The notes beneath the pieces were generated by a model. That model saw only the letters and a program-made list of their open reading frames with translations. It had not been told where the DNA came from and did no database searches. Position numbers and translations under genes: made by a program. Positions 18,679 through 29,052 of a DNA stretch of 64,000 bases are shown piece by piece. The stretch comes from Alphaproteobacteria bacterium (GTDB taxonomy: Bacteria > Pseudomonadota > Alphaproteobacteria > Rs-D84 > SZUA-605): contig JAVBPW010000001.1 in assembly GCA_031549385.1 (NCBI GenBank), positions 224,001 through 288,000 on the forward strand. The letters run 5' to 3'. How positions within the stretch are numbered: the stretch's first letter is position 1; each line of letters begins with the position of its first letter.

Positions 18679-20520
18679 ATGATAAAAAAATATGATTGCA
18701 TTGTTGTTGGTGGTGGACACGCTGGAATTGAAGCAGCGTGTGCTTGCTCACGAACTGGTGCAAAGACCCTTCTTATTACCTATAAAATAGATGATATTGG
18801 TGTTATGTCTTGTAATCCTTCTATTGGTGGACTTGGAAAGGGGCATATAGTTCGTGAAATTGATGCTTTGGGTGGAATTATGGGACGAGCTATTGATGCT
18901 GCTGGAATTCACTTTAGAATGCTTAATGCATCAAAAGGAAAAGCTGTTGAAGGAAATAGAGCTCAAGCAGATAGAGATTTATACAAGCAAAATGCTTTAA
19001 AATTTTTAAAAGAAAATAATAATTTAGATTTAATGGAAGATGAAGTAATTGATATTTTAAATGAAAATAATCAAATTACCGGTGTTTTAACAAAGAATAA
19101 TGGGCAAATAGATGCTAATTCAGTAGTTATGACTACAGGAACATTCTTAAATGGAATTATGCACTGTGGAGATATAAAAACAGAAGGTGGAAGAATTGGT
19201 GACGCTGCTTGTACTACATTAAGTTTAGTTCTTAAAAGATTAGGCTTTGAATTAAAGAGATTGAAAACTGGAACACCTGCTCGACTTTCTTTAAAATCGT
19301 TAGATTTATCTAAAACAGAAATTCAAGAATCTGATAATCCTGCTGTTCCTTTTTCTTATCTTAATAAAGAAATTGGGAAAAGAGAGTTTATTAATTGCTA
19401 CATAACTCATACAAATCAATGTACTCATGACATTATAAAATGTAATGTAGATCGTTCACCATTGTTTAATGGACAGATTGAAGGTATTGGACCTCGATAT
19501 TGTCCTTCTATTGAAGATAAGATTGTTAAGTTTCCTCATCATGAAACTCATCATGTGTTCTTAGAACCAGAAGGAGTTAATAGCGATGTTGTTTATCCTA
19601 ATGGGATTTCTACATCATTACCTCAAGATGTGCAGGAAAAACTAATCAGAAGCATTAAAGGTTGTGAAAACGCAAAAATATTACAATGGGGATATGCTAT
19701 TGAATATGATTGTATTGATGCAAGAGTTTTAAAACATACATTGGAATCTAAAGATATTAATGGACTTTTCTTTGCTGGACAAATTAATGGAAGCTCTGGA
19801 TATGAAGAAGCTGCAGGACAAGGAATTGTTGCTGGAATTAATGCTGGATTAAAAGCTCAAGGATGTAAAGAAGAATTTATATTATCACGAGCTGAATCTA
19901 TGATTGGTGTTTTAATTGATGATATTACTTTAAATGGTGTTGATGAACCTTATAGAATATTTACAGCAAGGGCTGAATTTAGATTGTTAATTAGATCTGA
20001 TAATGCTGATTTGAGATTAACTCCTTATGCTATTAAACTTGATATTGTTGATGAAAAACGAAAAAAAATATTTGAAGAAAAGTTTAAAAACTTAACAGAA
20101 TACCGTAAATTATTTGATAATACTTATTTTACTAAAAAAGATTTTATTCGTATTGGTATTGAAAATAGCTGGGAAAGAAAAAGTGTTTCTGAAATATTAA
20201 AAGATGAAAATTACAATAGTATTCTTTCTCAACTTTATGATAGATGGAATAATCTTGATAAAGATATTATTGAAACTTTGCGAATCGAAAATATTTACTC
20301 TGGATATATTGAAAGAGCAAAGAAAGATATTGATACTATGAAGAAAGATGAAGATTTGAAAATTCGTGATGATATTAATTATGACGAGATTCAATCTTTA
20401 ACAAATGAATTACGTCAAAAACTAAAAAAAGTTAGACCTGCAAATATTTTACAGGCTAGCAAAATTAATGGTATGACACCTGCTGGAATTATTGCATTAC
20501 TTCGTTATATTAAAAAGTAG
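18679..20520 (+). CDS. mnmG: tRNA uridine-5-carboxymethylaminomethyl synthesis enzyme
   Basis: GGGHAGIEAA, MSCNPSIGG, KTGTPAR, GPRYCPSIEDK, AGQING..GYEEAA. Confidence 0.98.
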   Translation: MIKKYDCIVVGGGHAGIEAACACSRTGAKTLLITYKIDDIGVMSCNPSIGGLGKGHIVREIDALGGIMGRAIDAAGIHFRMLNASKGKAVEGNRAQADRDLYKQNALKFLKENNNLDLMEDEVIDILNENNQITGVLTKNNGQIDANSVVMTTGTFLNGIMHCGDIKTEGGRIGDAACTTLSLVLKRLGFELKRLKTGTPARLSLKSLDLSKTEIQESDNPAVPFSYLNKEIGKREFINCYITHTNQCTHDIIKCNVDRSPLFNGQIEGIGPRYCPSIEDKIVKFPHHETHHVFLEPEGVNSDVVYPNGISTSLPQDVQEKLIRSIKGCENAKILQWGYAIEYDCIDARVLKHTLESKDINGLFFAGQINGSSGYEEAAGQGIVAGINAGLKAQGCKEEFILSRAESMIGVLIDDITLNGVDEPYRIFTARAEFRLLIRSDNADLRLTPYAIKLDIVDEKRKKIFEEKFKNLTEYRKLFDNTYFTKKDFIRIGIENSWERKSVSEILKDENYNSILSQLYDRWNNLDKDIIETLRIENIYSGYIERAKKDIDTMKKDEDLKIRDDINYDEIQSLTNELRQKLKKVRPANILQASKINGMTPAGIIALLRYIKK

Positions 20521-22177
20521 AAATTTGGCATAAAGAAATTCTGAATTCTGATAAATTATCAGGACATCTTAATGGAGTTCTTGATATTATTCTTTTTGTA
20601 TTTGATTTTGCTATTGGAAAATAAATATAGTTAAACATTACTTCTTTGTCTATTAATTGCACTCTTATTTTATAATCATTAAAGGTTGTTGATAAATCTA
20701 AATCGTCTATTAATGCTTGAATTTCTGTTAAATTAAATCTTGCATAGTTCTTATTTGCATATGGTGCAAAATAGTTTGTAAAATCTTGTTTGCTGTATGG
20801 GGAAAATTCAAAATCTGCAAAGGTCATTTCATAATCATAACTTGATAACTTTCTTTGAAAATCTTGTGCATCAACTGATACTAATTTTAATGTTACTCCA
20901 AGTGATTTTAAATTTTCTTGTAAAACTGTTGCATAATTTACTTGATCTTCATCGTCTTTGTTTACTAATAAACTAATTGTAAATGTAGAATCATTTCTTT
21001 TCAAAACGCCATCTTTAAATGTATACCCATTATCTTTTAAAATAGAAATTCCTTTATGTATTTGAACAAGTTGATCTTTGGAACTTTTGGCTTCAAATAA
21101 AGCTCTTCTGCTTAAATACATATTTTTATCTGCAAATCTTTTGTAAAATAAAAAGTCTTGTTTTTCAAAAATATTAAAATTAAAACCTTGATATTTTGCT
21201 TCTTCAAAAAGGCTTGATTGAGTTACTGGAATTATCCCTGAAAATATAAGCAAGAACCCTTGTCTTATGTCTTTATTTTTAAATGTATCTTTTGTTGTGT
21301 TTAAAAAGATTCCAAATATATCTTCTTTATTAATTTTTATAGTTTTACTTTCTGGAGCTTTATTAGTTACTATATGGTCTAGCGATACGTCTATTTGATT
21401 TGTTTCAAAGGCATTTCTTAATTCATTTTTATTGTTGTATGAATTAATATGTATTTCAGTAAAGTTATTATAACCTGTATTGCTTGGCAATGTTGCATTA
21501 AAATAATATCCATTTTTTTGTAATACTGCTGATTTTAAATTACCATTAGATAATACATATGGACCTGAAAAGGCTATATCTTTTGTTCTTGAAATACCAG
21601 CACTGCCCCAAGTCTTTTTTGATAATACCGGCAATTGAGTCAAAAATAGTATTGTATCTATACCTTTTTTACTCAATTCAAAACGTATTGTTTTTGGACT
21701 CTTAACTCTAACACTGGAAATAGTTTGAAGAATCTTTCTTATTTGTTGGCTGCCATTTTTTAAAAAATAGTTAAATGAAAATTCTATATCTTCTGCTGTA
21801 ATTTTTGAATTGTCAGAAAAACGAGCGTAATCGTTTAAATCAAATTCTACCCAATTTCTTATATTATCGAATCTTGCAGAGGTGGCTATTAATGGTTTAT
21901 ACTCAACTGAATTTGATAAGTCTTTTTTAAACAAAGTATCATGTAATAAATATGGTTCATAAATACTTTGATAATCTGTTAGAGGTAATAAAGTTTCTGG
22001 CTTTGAAATTAAACCTATACTTATTGTTGAAAGCTTTTGTGTTGAAGATGAAATTACATAATTAAATGATTTTGCCTTACCAGATGTATTTTCAAATTTT
22101 CCAAGTTGATTGTATTCTTGGCCAAAAGCAGAATAACAAAATAAAAAACTGAATAAAAATACTTTAAATAAGTTCAT
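20510..22177 (-). CDS. ABC transporter substrate-binding protein, family 5 (YejA-like), divergent
   Basis: Signal peptide, ARFSD..KITAEDIEFSF, SGPY, F.N......F....IRQ. Confidence 0.75.
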   Translation of the reverse strand: MNLFKVFLFSFLFCYSAFGQEYNQLGKFENTSGKAKSFNYVISSSTQKLSTISIGLISKPETLLPLTDYQSIYEPYLLHDTLFKKDLSNSVEYKPLIATSARFDNIRNWVEFDLNDYARFSDNSKITAEDIEFSFNYFLKNGSQQIRKILQTISSVRVKSPKTIRFELSKKGIDTILFLTQLPVLSKKTWGSAGISRTKDIAFSGPYVLSNGNLKSAVLQKNGYYFNATLPSNTGYNNFTEIHINSYNNKNELRNAFETNQIDVSLDHIVTNKAPESKTIKINKEDIFGIFLNTTKDTFKNKDIRQGFLLIFSGIIPVTQSSLFEEAKYQGFNFNIFEKQDFLFYKRFADKNMYLSRRALFEAKSSKDQLVQIHKGISILKDNGYTFKDGVLKRNDSTFTISLLVNKDDEDQVNYATVLQENLKSLGVTLKLVSVDAQDFQRKLSSYDYEMTFADFEFSPYSKQDFTNYFAPYANKNYARFNLTEIQALIDDLDLSTTFNDYKIRVQLIDKEVMFNYIYFPIAKSNTKRIISRTPLRCPDNLSEFRISLCQISTF

Positions 22178-23066
22178 CCATTATATCCTGATATCTTGGG
22201 TTAAGTATTTCAATGTAAAATTCATTTATTGAATCTTTTAAATATTTATCACCTAATGCTTCAGCTTTTTGTTGTATTAAATTTGTTTCTAATTGTTCTT
22301 TTAGCTTTTCATCTTCTGACTTTGAAGGATATGTTCTTGAACATATAAAGAATATTGCTTGGCCTACTTCAGTTTTATGTGGAGGTAATACCTTTCCAGT
22401 TGGAGTGTTTTTTAACATTGTTGCTACATCTTTATCCATTTGGTTCAAATTTACTTTTCCAATATTTCCGCTTCCTGGATGACCCATTTCTTCAGCTGCT
22501 TTATTAAACTCAGCGCAACTTTTAGTGTCTTTTATTGTATCATAAATTTGTAAAGCATGTTCTTCTGTATCTGTTACTATTTGGCTTAAATTAATAGATG
22601 ATCCTGGATGAGCTCCGCTCTTTTTTAATTGTTCTAAGAAATCATTTACTTCTGAATCTGTAATGTTTGCTTTTGGTCCAAATCTTCCATTAACAAATCT
22701 TGCCCACATGATTTGTGTTTTTAAATTTCTATCGTATACTTTTTCATTGAATGGAAGGTCTACTTTTTTTCCTTGGAAAATTCTGTTTTTTGTTTCTTTT
22801 AAATCTGCTTGAGAAACTGCTACTCCATTTTTTGAAGCCATTTGATCTTTCATAGACATAATCATTAATTCATATAAAGCCATTTTTCTTACCTCAGCAT
22901 CTGATTTGCCTTGGGTTGCTGGATTGATGTATCTTAACATACTTGCATATTGCCTTACATCAACGTCTGAAATAATTTCTTTATTAACTTTTGCTAAAAT
23001 TTCTACTGAATATGCAGAATAGCTATATAATGTTACCATCAAAAATAATATAATTCTTTTTACCAT
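22164..23066 (-). CDS. surA: SurA-like periplasmic chaperone/PPIase
   Basis: ILAKVNKEIIS N-domain, parvulin-like GNIG region, directly after lptD. Confidence 0.8.
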   Translation of the reverse strand: MVKRIILFLMVTLYSYSAYSVEILAKVNKEIISDVDVRQYASMLRYINPATQGKSDAEVRKMALYELMIMSMKDQMASKNGVAVSQADLKETKNRIFQGKKVDLPFNEKVYDRNLKTQIMWARFVNGRFGPKANITDSEVNDFLEQLKKSGAHPGSSINLSQIVTDTEEHALQIYDTIKDTKSCAEFNKAAEEMGHPGSGNIGKVNLNQMDKDVATMLKNTPTGKVLPPHKTEVGQAIFFICSRTYPSKSEDEKLKEQLETNLIQQKAEALGDKYLKDSINEFYIEILNPRYQDIMDELI

Positions 23067-25198
23067 GCGTTCTTCTTCTCTAAGTTTTCAAATCCCTCAC
23101 CGATACCAAATGTTCCAAGTGTCTTTAGTGATATATGTACTGCTATACTTTCTTGTCCTTGGTAGTCTCTATCAGAAACATATTCTCTTTTTGCTCCAAT
23201 GTCAATTTTAAAACAATCTACCTCAAATATAAAGCCGCCACCTATTTCACGTTGTTCGCCTGCTGCTATATCATATCGGTCTAATAAATAGAATGCAACC
23301 TTTCTGAAAGGACGAACATAAATTCGTCCGTAAATTTCTTGTCGCTTTTCTTCTAATGAATTTGGCTCTTTGTCATATATATAATCAGCACGGAAATTTA
23401 TGTCATCATTTCCTGCAACCATATTGAATTCATTACGAGAAAATGAAAAATCTTTATTGTCTGCTAAAAACTTATAATTAAATCGGATATATTCTGATGG
23501 ATAAAAGAATATAGATCCTACATAGTCTGATTGGTGATCGTATGAGGCTACATCTGTATATGCTGTAGAATTATCTGAAAGATTATATGTTTGACCTAAG
23601 AAGGTGTTAATCTTTCCAAAAGTTTTACCAAAAATATTCCACCAAACACCGTAATTAAGTCTGTTTCCTGCTTCTACTCGGTCATATCCTTCAAATCTGT
23701 TTAATGAGAACACATTTGATGAATCAAAAACAAATGAATTAGAATCCCAATTTGGAATTCCTGTGTAATCTCTATTAGGAGAGGATACAAGTTGAACCAT
23801 TGGGTCTATGATTTGATAGAAATTTTGGGAGTGTTTATAAAATGGCATGTGTACTTTTACAGATGTTATAGGAGTTGTTCTTGAAGAAAACGCATCCTTA
23901 ACTCGACCATCGTCTGTTACAACATTTGAAAGGTAATATAAGTCTTCTCTTAACTTAACTTCAAAATCTAACATAAGACCAAAACGTGTTATGTATGGAT
24001 ATAAAAAAGATAATTCTCCTGAAAATCTTTGTGATGATTGATCATCTTGAAAGTATAATGAAGCTGTGTCTACTGCTATTGTAAAATATGCTCCATTAGA
24101 AAATGGTTCAAACTTTCTTAAATAATTTACAGCTGGAAGAACAAGAGGAATTTGATCCCCTGTTGTTGTTAGTTCATCATTTCTCATGTCATGAAATTGA
24201 TACATATAAATAGAAAAATAATTTCTATTAGATAATCCTTCTAACTTTATGGTTGATCTTAAATAAGCTTCATTTGATATGTCATACTTTCTTAAGAATG
24301 TATCATCTGATGCGTATTGGATATCAATTAATCCACGCCAAATATCATCTATATAAACATCATTTTTTGAAAACAAGTATCCTCTGTCATCATAATTAGA
24401 ATCTGTTGCGGTGTAGGCTCCTTTAGATTGACTTTTTATATGTGACGTATTTTGTTTATAAGATGCTGCATATAATACTCCCTCTTTTGATGTTATTTTT
24501 GGAGAAAGAATTAATTCAGAATATGGGGACCATGTTATGTAATATGGAATATCTAAAGTAGCGCCTAAATCTTTACTTGTTCCAAACGTTGGAACTAAAA
24601 ATCCTGACTCTCTTTTTGAAACTATATCAGGGTGTGAAAAAACTGGAATATAAAAAACTGGAATATCATAAAACCAAAATACTGCATTTTGATATTTTAA
24701 TTTTGTGTCAGTTCGTATTACTTTATTGGCTGTTATTTCCCATGTTGTTGGACACTTACTTCTGTCACAAGCGGTATATGAAATATTTCTTAATACCATA
24801 TTACCATCTTCTTTGTATGAAGATTCTGCTATTAATGACGCTTCTGAGATGTCTATTTGAATTTGGTTAACTCTCATAGAGTCTATTTTTTCATCAAATA
24901 TTACTGAGTCTATATTTAACTTTTCACCTGATGCTTTGTTTATTGTTACACCTTTATCTGCATAAAACTCTTGGCGTTTTGTATTGTATTCAAATTCTGG
25001 AGCTGACAAAGTTGATTTACCTTGGTTTGCTTTTACACCACCTACAGCTGTTATTACTCCGGTGTTTGAGTCATAAATTGCTTCATCTGCTGAAAAATTA
25101 ATTGGCAAAGCATCATTTGCTTTAGTTTGGGCATCACTGCTTTGTGCAAAACTTTGAAAACAAGAAAAGATTACAAATAAAGAAACTAGATATTTCAT
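23060..25198 (-). CDS. lptD: LPS assembly outer-membrane protein
   Basis: SADE, YTAC...TWEITA, RESGFLVP, NRFEGYDRVE, DCF. Confidence 0.95.
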   Translation of the reverse strand: MKYLVSLFVIFSCFQSFAQSSDAQTKANDALPINFSADEAIYDSNTGVITAVGGVKANQGKSTLSAPEFEYNTKRQEFYADKGVTINKASGEKLNIDSVIFDEKIDSMRVNQIQIDISEASLIAESSYKEDGNMVLRNISYTACDRSKCPTTWEITANKVIRTDTKLKYQNAVFWFYDIPVFYIPVFSHPDIVSKRESGFLVPTFGTSKDLGATLDIPYYITWSPYSELILSPKITSKEGVLYAASYKQNTSHIKSQSKGAYTATDSNYDDRGYLFSKNDVYIDDIWRGLIDIQYASDDTFLRKYDISNEAYLRSTIKLEGLSNRNYFSIYMYQFHDMRNDELTTTGDQIPLVLPAVNYLRKFEPFSNGAYFTIAVDTASLYFQDDQSSQRFSGELSFLYPYITRFGLMLDFEVKLREDLYYLSNVVTDDGRVKDAFSSRTTPITSVKVHMPFYKHSQNFYQIIDPMVQLVSSPNRDYTGIPNWDSNSFVFDSSNVFSLNRFEGYDRVEAGNRLNYGVWWNIFGKTFGKINTFLGQTYNLSDNSTAYTDVASYDHQSDYVGSIFFYPSEYIRFNYKFLADNKDFSFSRNEFNMVAGNDDINFRADYIYDKEPNSLEEKRQEIYGRIYVRPFRKVAFYLLDRYDIAAGEQREIGGGFIFEVDCFKIDIGAKREYVSDRDYQGQESIAVHISLKTLGTFGIGEGFENLEKKNAW

Positions 25199-26346
25199 TT
25201 CTTTTTTTCCTTGATTGGTTTTGCTTTAGAATTGTCAAAGAAGAAAGTAAATACCAAAATTGAAATAATAACAAAATACATTAAATACAAAGCCCAAATA
25301 TATCTTATATTCGTCTCAAAAAAATTAAATGAGAAAATTAATAATGCTTCCATTGCTACAAACACAGATACTGCAATAAGAAGGGTTTTATTTTTTCCAC
25401 GGCCTGTTAAAGATGATGCAAAAATTCCTATTAAAGCAATAAATGCAAAAATCACATGAAATAGTGGTGATAATAATCTTTTATGAGCTTCTATTCTAAA
25501 TGAGGCTTCTTTCTTTTTATTTCCATCAGCTTCTTTGTGAGTGAAATTTTCTATCAGACCTAATTCTTTTGGATTTACTTTTCTTGAAAGTTGCTGTTCC
25601 ATTAAACCTAAATTAACACTATATTCTTCAAAATATCCAAATGTATATTTTCCTTCTTGACTCTTTTCTTGAATGCTTCCCATTGTTAGAGCTATAGTCA
25701 AACCATTGTTAGTTTGAACTAACATTCCTTTTCTTGCAAATACTGCAAGCTGATGTTTTTTATTTCTGTTATCAAAAATAATTATATTGTAGAGAGCATT
25801 GTCTGAACTACGTTCTACATAGATTGTTAAATTTTCTTGTATTTGAGTAAACTTATCTTCTTGAATTACTAAGTTAGATAAATCGTTTCTTATGTTCCAT
25901 TGGAAATTTTTAAATTTAACAGCCGATACTGGCTCCAAATACAAAGTTGAAAAGTATGAAAATATAGTAAGTATAGTCATGCAAATTAAAACAGGTTTTG
26001 CAAGTGTATAACGAGATGCACCTGAAGCTGTCATTACTACAAATTCTCTGTCTTGAATTAACTTGTTATACATGAAGATTAAAATTGCAAAAAAAGCTAT
26101 TGGAAGAACAAGGTTTATAATCTGCGGAAGAAGCAAAGATGTGAAGACCATAAATGATGAAAATGAAAGACCTCTTTCAAGAACATATTTTAAGAGTTTT
26201 AATATCTGGGTTAACCAAGCAATTGCTGCCAGAACTGTTGTTACAACAAAAACACCCAGTAATAGTTGTTTCAACACATAACTGGTTAAGATTTTCATCT
26301 CAAAAAACTTCTGTATCCATAATCGGATTTGGTTTATTTTATCCAT
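25195..26346 (-). CDS. lptF: LPS export permease LptF/LptG family
   Basis: YVLKQL, VLPIA, YNKL..DREFVVM.ASG, EAHKRL; upstream of lptD. Confidence 0.88.
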   Translation of the reverse strand: MDKINQIRLWIQKFFEMKILTSYVLKQLLLGVFVVTTVLAAIAWLTQILKLLKYVLERGLSFSSFMVFTSLLLPQIINLVLPIAFFAILIFMYNKLIQDREFVVMTASGASRYTLAKPVLICMTILTIFSYFSTLYLEPVSAVKFKNFQWNIRNDLSNLVIQEDKFTQIQENLTIYVERSSDNALYNIIIFDNRNKKHQLAVFARKGMLVQTNNGLTIALTMGSIQEKSQEGKYTFGYFEEYSVNLGLMEQQLSRKVNPKELGLIENFTHKEADGNKKKEASFRIEAHKRLLSPLFHVIFAFIALIGIFASSLTGRGKNKTLLIAVSVFVAMEALLIFSFNFFETNIRYIWALYLMYFVIISILVFTFFFDNSKAKPIKEKKK

Positions 26347-26442
26347 ATTTTCTTCTGTAACTTTTCTAATATAATTATTTTATAGACTTTAATTCAAAAT
26401 GTCTATATATTAAATTCCAATTAATGAAAATTTGAGGATAAA

Positions 26443-27210
26443 ATGGAACCTATAGTTTTAGGAAAACTAACCGTTAAACTTGCTGATACGCCAGAGGAGC
26501 AAATGCAAGCTTATGAACTAATGAAAAGTGTCTTTGAAGAAGATAATAATACACCAAAAAATTCTGTGCAACTTGCTACTGACATAAAATCCTATAGTAT
26601 ATGTGATATATTAGTAGCAATTGATAATGATACAAAAAAAGTTGTTGCTACTTATAGATTGACTACACCAAAACATGTTAAAAAATTAGGAAAATTTTTT
26701 ACAGAAATTGAATATGAAATTGAGAATATCAAAAATTATAAAGATGGAAAAATATTAGAATTTTCTAGAGCATGTACTCATAAGGATTATAGAGATAATG
26801 TTACTATGATGACTTTGTGGAAAGGACTTGCTACTTATATTTTTGAAAATGATATTAAATTAATGTTTGGACTTCCATCACTTCATGGACTTAATCCAGA
26901 TGATTATAAAATGGCTTTATCTTATTTACACCATTATCATTTGGCGCCAAAAAATTTAGATGGAAAATGTTTACAAAATAATAAATATGATTATTTACCA
27001 AAAGAGAAGCTTGATAAAAAACAAGCTTATGAAGAAATGCCACCTCTTTTAAAGAGCTATGTTAGAATGGGGGCTTATATTGGTTCTGGACTTTTTATTG
27101 ATCCTGATTTTAATTCTATTGATTTATTATTAATTGTAGATTTTAATCATATAAACCCAGCTTATATGAAACACTTTTCAAGAGGACTTACAGATGATGA
27201 GAATGCTTAA
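26443..27210 (+). CDS. olsB: GNAT N-acyltransferase, OlsB (ornithine lipid) type
   Basis: VVATYRL, LEFSRAC.HKDYR, LWKGLA.Y, MPPLLKSYVRMGA...IDPDFN.ID. Confidence 0.85.
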   Translation: MEPIVLGKLTVKLADTPEEQMQAYELMKSVFEEDNNTPKNSVQLATDIKSYSICDILVAIDNDTKKVVATYRLTTPKHVKKLGKFFTEIEYEIENIKNYKDGKILEFSRACTHKDYRDNVTMMTLWKGLATYIFENDIKLMFGLPSLHGLNPDDYKMALSYLHHYHLAPKNLDGKCLQNNKYDYLPKEKLDKKQAYEEMPPLLKSYVRMGAYIGSGLFIDPDFNSIDLLLIVDFNHINPAYMKHFSRGLTDDENA

Positions 27211-27991
27211 AACAATTTTTGGAATTTTATTAGCTACTATTAGAATTTCTCTTTTTGTTTTATGGTCGTCTTTATGTGTGGTTTTTGGATATGTTTTCTT
27301 ATTTTTACATTTAAAAACTAATGCTTTTTTACATATATGGTGGAAACTTTCAAATAGAATATTTGGATTAAAGCTTAAAGTTGTTGGTCAAATAGATAAA
27401 TCAAAAAAAATTATTTATGTTTCTAATCATATTTCTTATTGGGATATTTTTGCATATGGAGAAGCTTTAAATCCTACATTCATATCAAAAACAGAAGTTA
27501 GAAAATGGCCTGTAATTGGATATTTGTCTGATAAATTTGCAAGACTTTATTTTATGGATAGAAGGCCTTCTGCTGTTAAAACTGAAAAAGAAAATATAAA
27601 TAATTTTTTGAAAACAATAACAAGAAGCATGATGTTCTTTCCTGAGGGAACTACTACTGATGGAAGCTGCATTTTACCATTTAGAGGTGCTTTATTTGAA
27701 AATTTTTTAGAAAAAGATGTTGATATTTGTCTATGCTTTATAGAATACAAAAAAATAAGTGGAATCCCGGTAAAAACTAAAGCTCAAAGAAGAGTTCATG
27801 CTTGGTATAATGACCCTGATCTTAGACTTGAAGATATATCTTTGTTTAAATCTATGTTTAAGGCTGCAATGTATAAGAATTTTGAAGTTCAAGTTAAACA
27901 GATTGGTCTTTTTAATATGAAAAAGATTACTGATAGGAAGGAAATCACAAAACTTTGTGAAAAAGCCATTTTAAAAGAATTTAAAGACTAG
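27194..27991 (+). CDS. Lysophospholipid acyltransferase (PlsC/OlsA type)
   Basis: SNHISYWDI, FISKTEV..WP, FPEGTT; overlaps olsB. Confidence 0.92.
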   Translation: MMRMLKTIFGILLATIRISLFVLWSSLCVVFGYVFLFLHLKTNAFLHIWWKLSNRIFGLKLKVVGQIDKSKKIIYVSNHISYWDIFAYGEALNPTFISKTEVRKWPVIGYLSDKFARLYFMDRRPSAVKTEKENINNFLKTITRSMMFFPEGTTTDGSCILPFRGALFENFLEKDVDICLCFIEYKKISGIPVKTKAQRRVHAWYNDPDLRLEDISLFKSMFKAAMYKNFEVQVKQIGLFNMKKITDRKEITKLCEKAILKEFKD

Positions 27992-28009
27992 CCAGATTAT
28001 AGAATTTTG

Positions 28010-28161
28010 TTGACTCCTAATTTTTTTTGAATTACACTCAAATTATGAGTTTCGATATCTTTTGCCAAATGTTTCTTATAATATTTGAGAAAGGCTTTAA
28101 AAACTCGCTCTTAAGAGAAGTCTTAGGAAAAATAACAACAATAATATAAGGAAAAACGACT
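28010..28161 (+). promoter_or_regulatory. csp promoter (TTGACT-N17-TACACT) and long structured 5' UTR
   Basis: Sigma70-like boxes; hairpin GAGTTT...AAACTC at 28047-28106. Confidence 0.55.
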
Positions 28162-28368
28162 ATGGCAAATGGTACTGTAAAATGGTTTAATGGTAAAAAA
28201 GGTTTTGGATTTATCCAACCTGAAGCTGGCGGAAATGATGTATTTGTACATTTTTCAGCTGTAAAAGACGCAGGACTTAGAACTCTTGATGAAGGTCAAA
28301 AAGTATCTTACGAATTGACTACAGAAAAGGGTAAAACTTCTGCTACTGGCTTAAAACTAGTTAAATAA
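28162..28368 (+). CDS. cspA: Cold-shock protein
   Basis: [21 protein letters not shown]. Confidence 0.97.
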   Translation: MANGTVKWFNGKKGFGFIQPEAGGNDVFVHFSAVKDAGLRTLDEGQKVSYELTTEKGKTSATGLKLVK

Positions 28369-28384
28369 GTTTACAAAAAAGATA

Positions 28385-28412
28385 AAAATACCGCTTTTAA
28401 GCGGTATTTTTT
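28385..28412. terminator. Bidirectional terminator
   Basis: AAAAATACCGC-TTTTAA-GCGGTATTTTTT. Confidence 0.88.
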
Positions 28413-28413
28413 A

Positions 28414-29052
28414 TTACCAATTTTTACATGGAGCCAGCTGATCAGCATAGCTTTCTTTAGAATCTAGTTTTGTGTTTTGAGATAATCTTTCTTTTTCAAA
28501 ATTTTCTCTTAATGTTGTTACAGATGGATCTTCATCAACCTGTTTTATAAATCGGTCTGTTACTTTTTCTACATTATCATAACTATCTATTTGAATTGGT
28601 TTTATATCTTGAATTAGTTCTCTTGTTGCTTGTTCTATTAATGGAGAATATTGTAATAGCAATTTTTGATGCACTTTAACATGCTCGTTTTCATGATTTA
28701 TAATTTGAGTAAATTCACAGGTGTTTTGTTTGTATTTATTATCTACATAAACAAACATATCTGGATAACCATATTCTAATACCAATGTATCAAGGTATAC
28801 ACAAATTGAACCATTTTTTTCTATTGTCATAGCTTTAAGTCGGTAATTGATAACAAATTTAGCTTCTGTTAGTCCTATTACATTGTTTTGTCGAGCAAGA
28901 GATTTAAGTTTTTCTGATGAAATTTCAAAGACCCTTGGTTGACCTGTGTTTACATGAAATTCTAATTTAGGTTTAGTTTTGTTTATTTGTTCACAAACAT
29001 TCCCATAAGCCGTGGTTGATACTAATAATAAAGCAATAAAGATTTTTCTCAT
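28414..29052 (-). CDS. Exported protein with HExxH motif (DUF922-like putative Zn peptidase)
   Basis: Signal peptide, GLT, C...I.NHENEHV. Confidence 0.7.
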   Translation of the reverse strand: MRKIFIALLLVSTTAYGNVCEQINKTKPKLEFHVNTGQPRVFEISSEKLKSLARQNNVIGLTEAKFVINYRLKAMTIEKNGSICVYLDTLVLEYGYPDMFVYVDNKYKQNTCEFTQIINHENEHVKVHQKLLLQYSPLIEQATRELIQDIKPIQIDSYDNVEKVTDRFIKQVDEDPSVTTLRENFEKERLSQNTKLDSKESYADQLAPCKNW

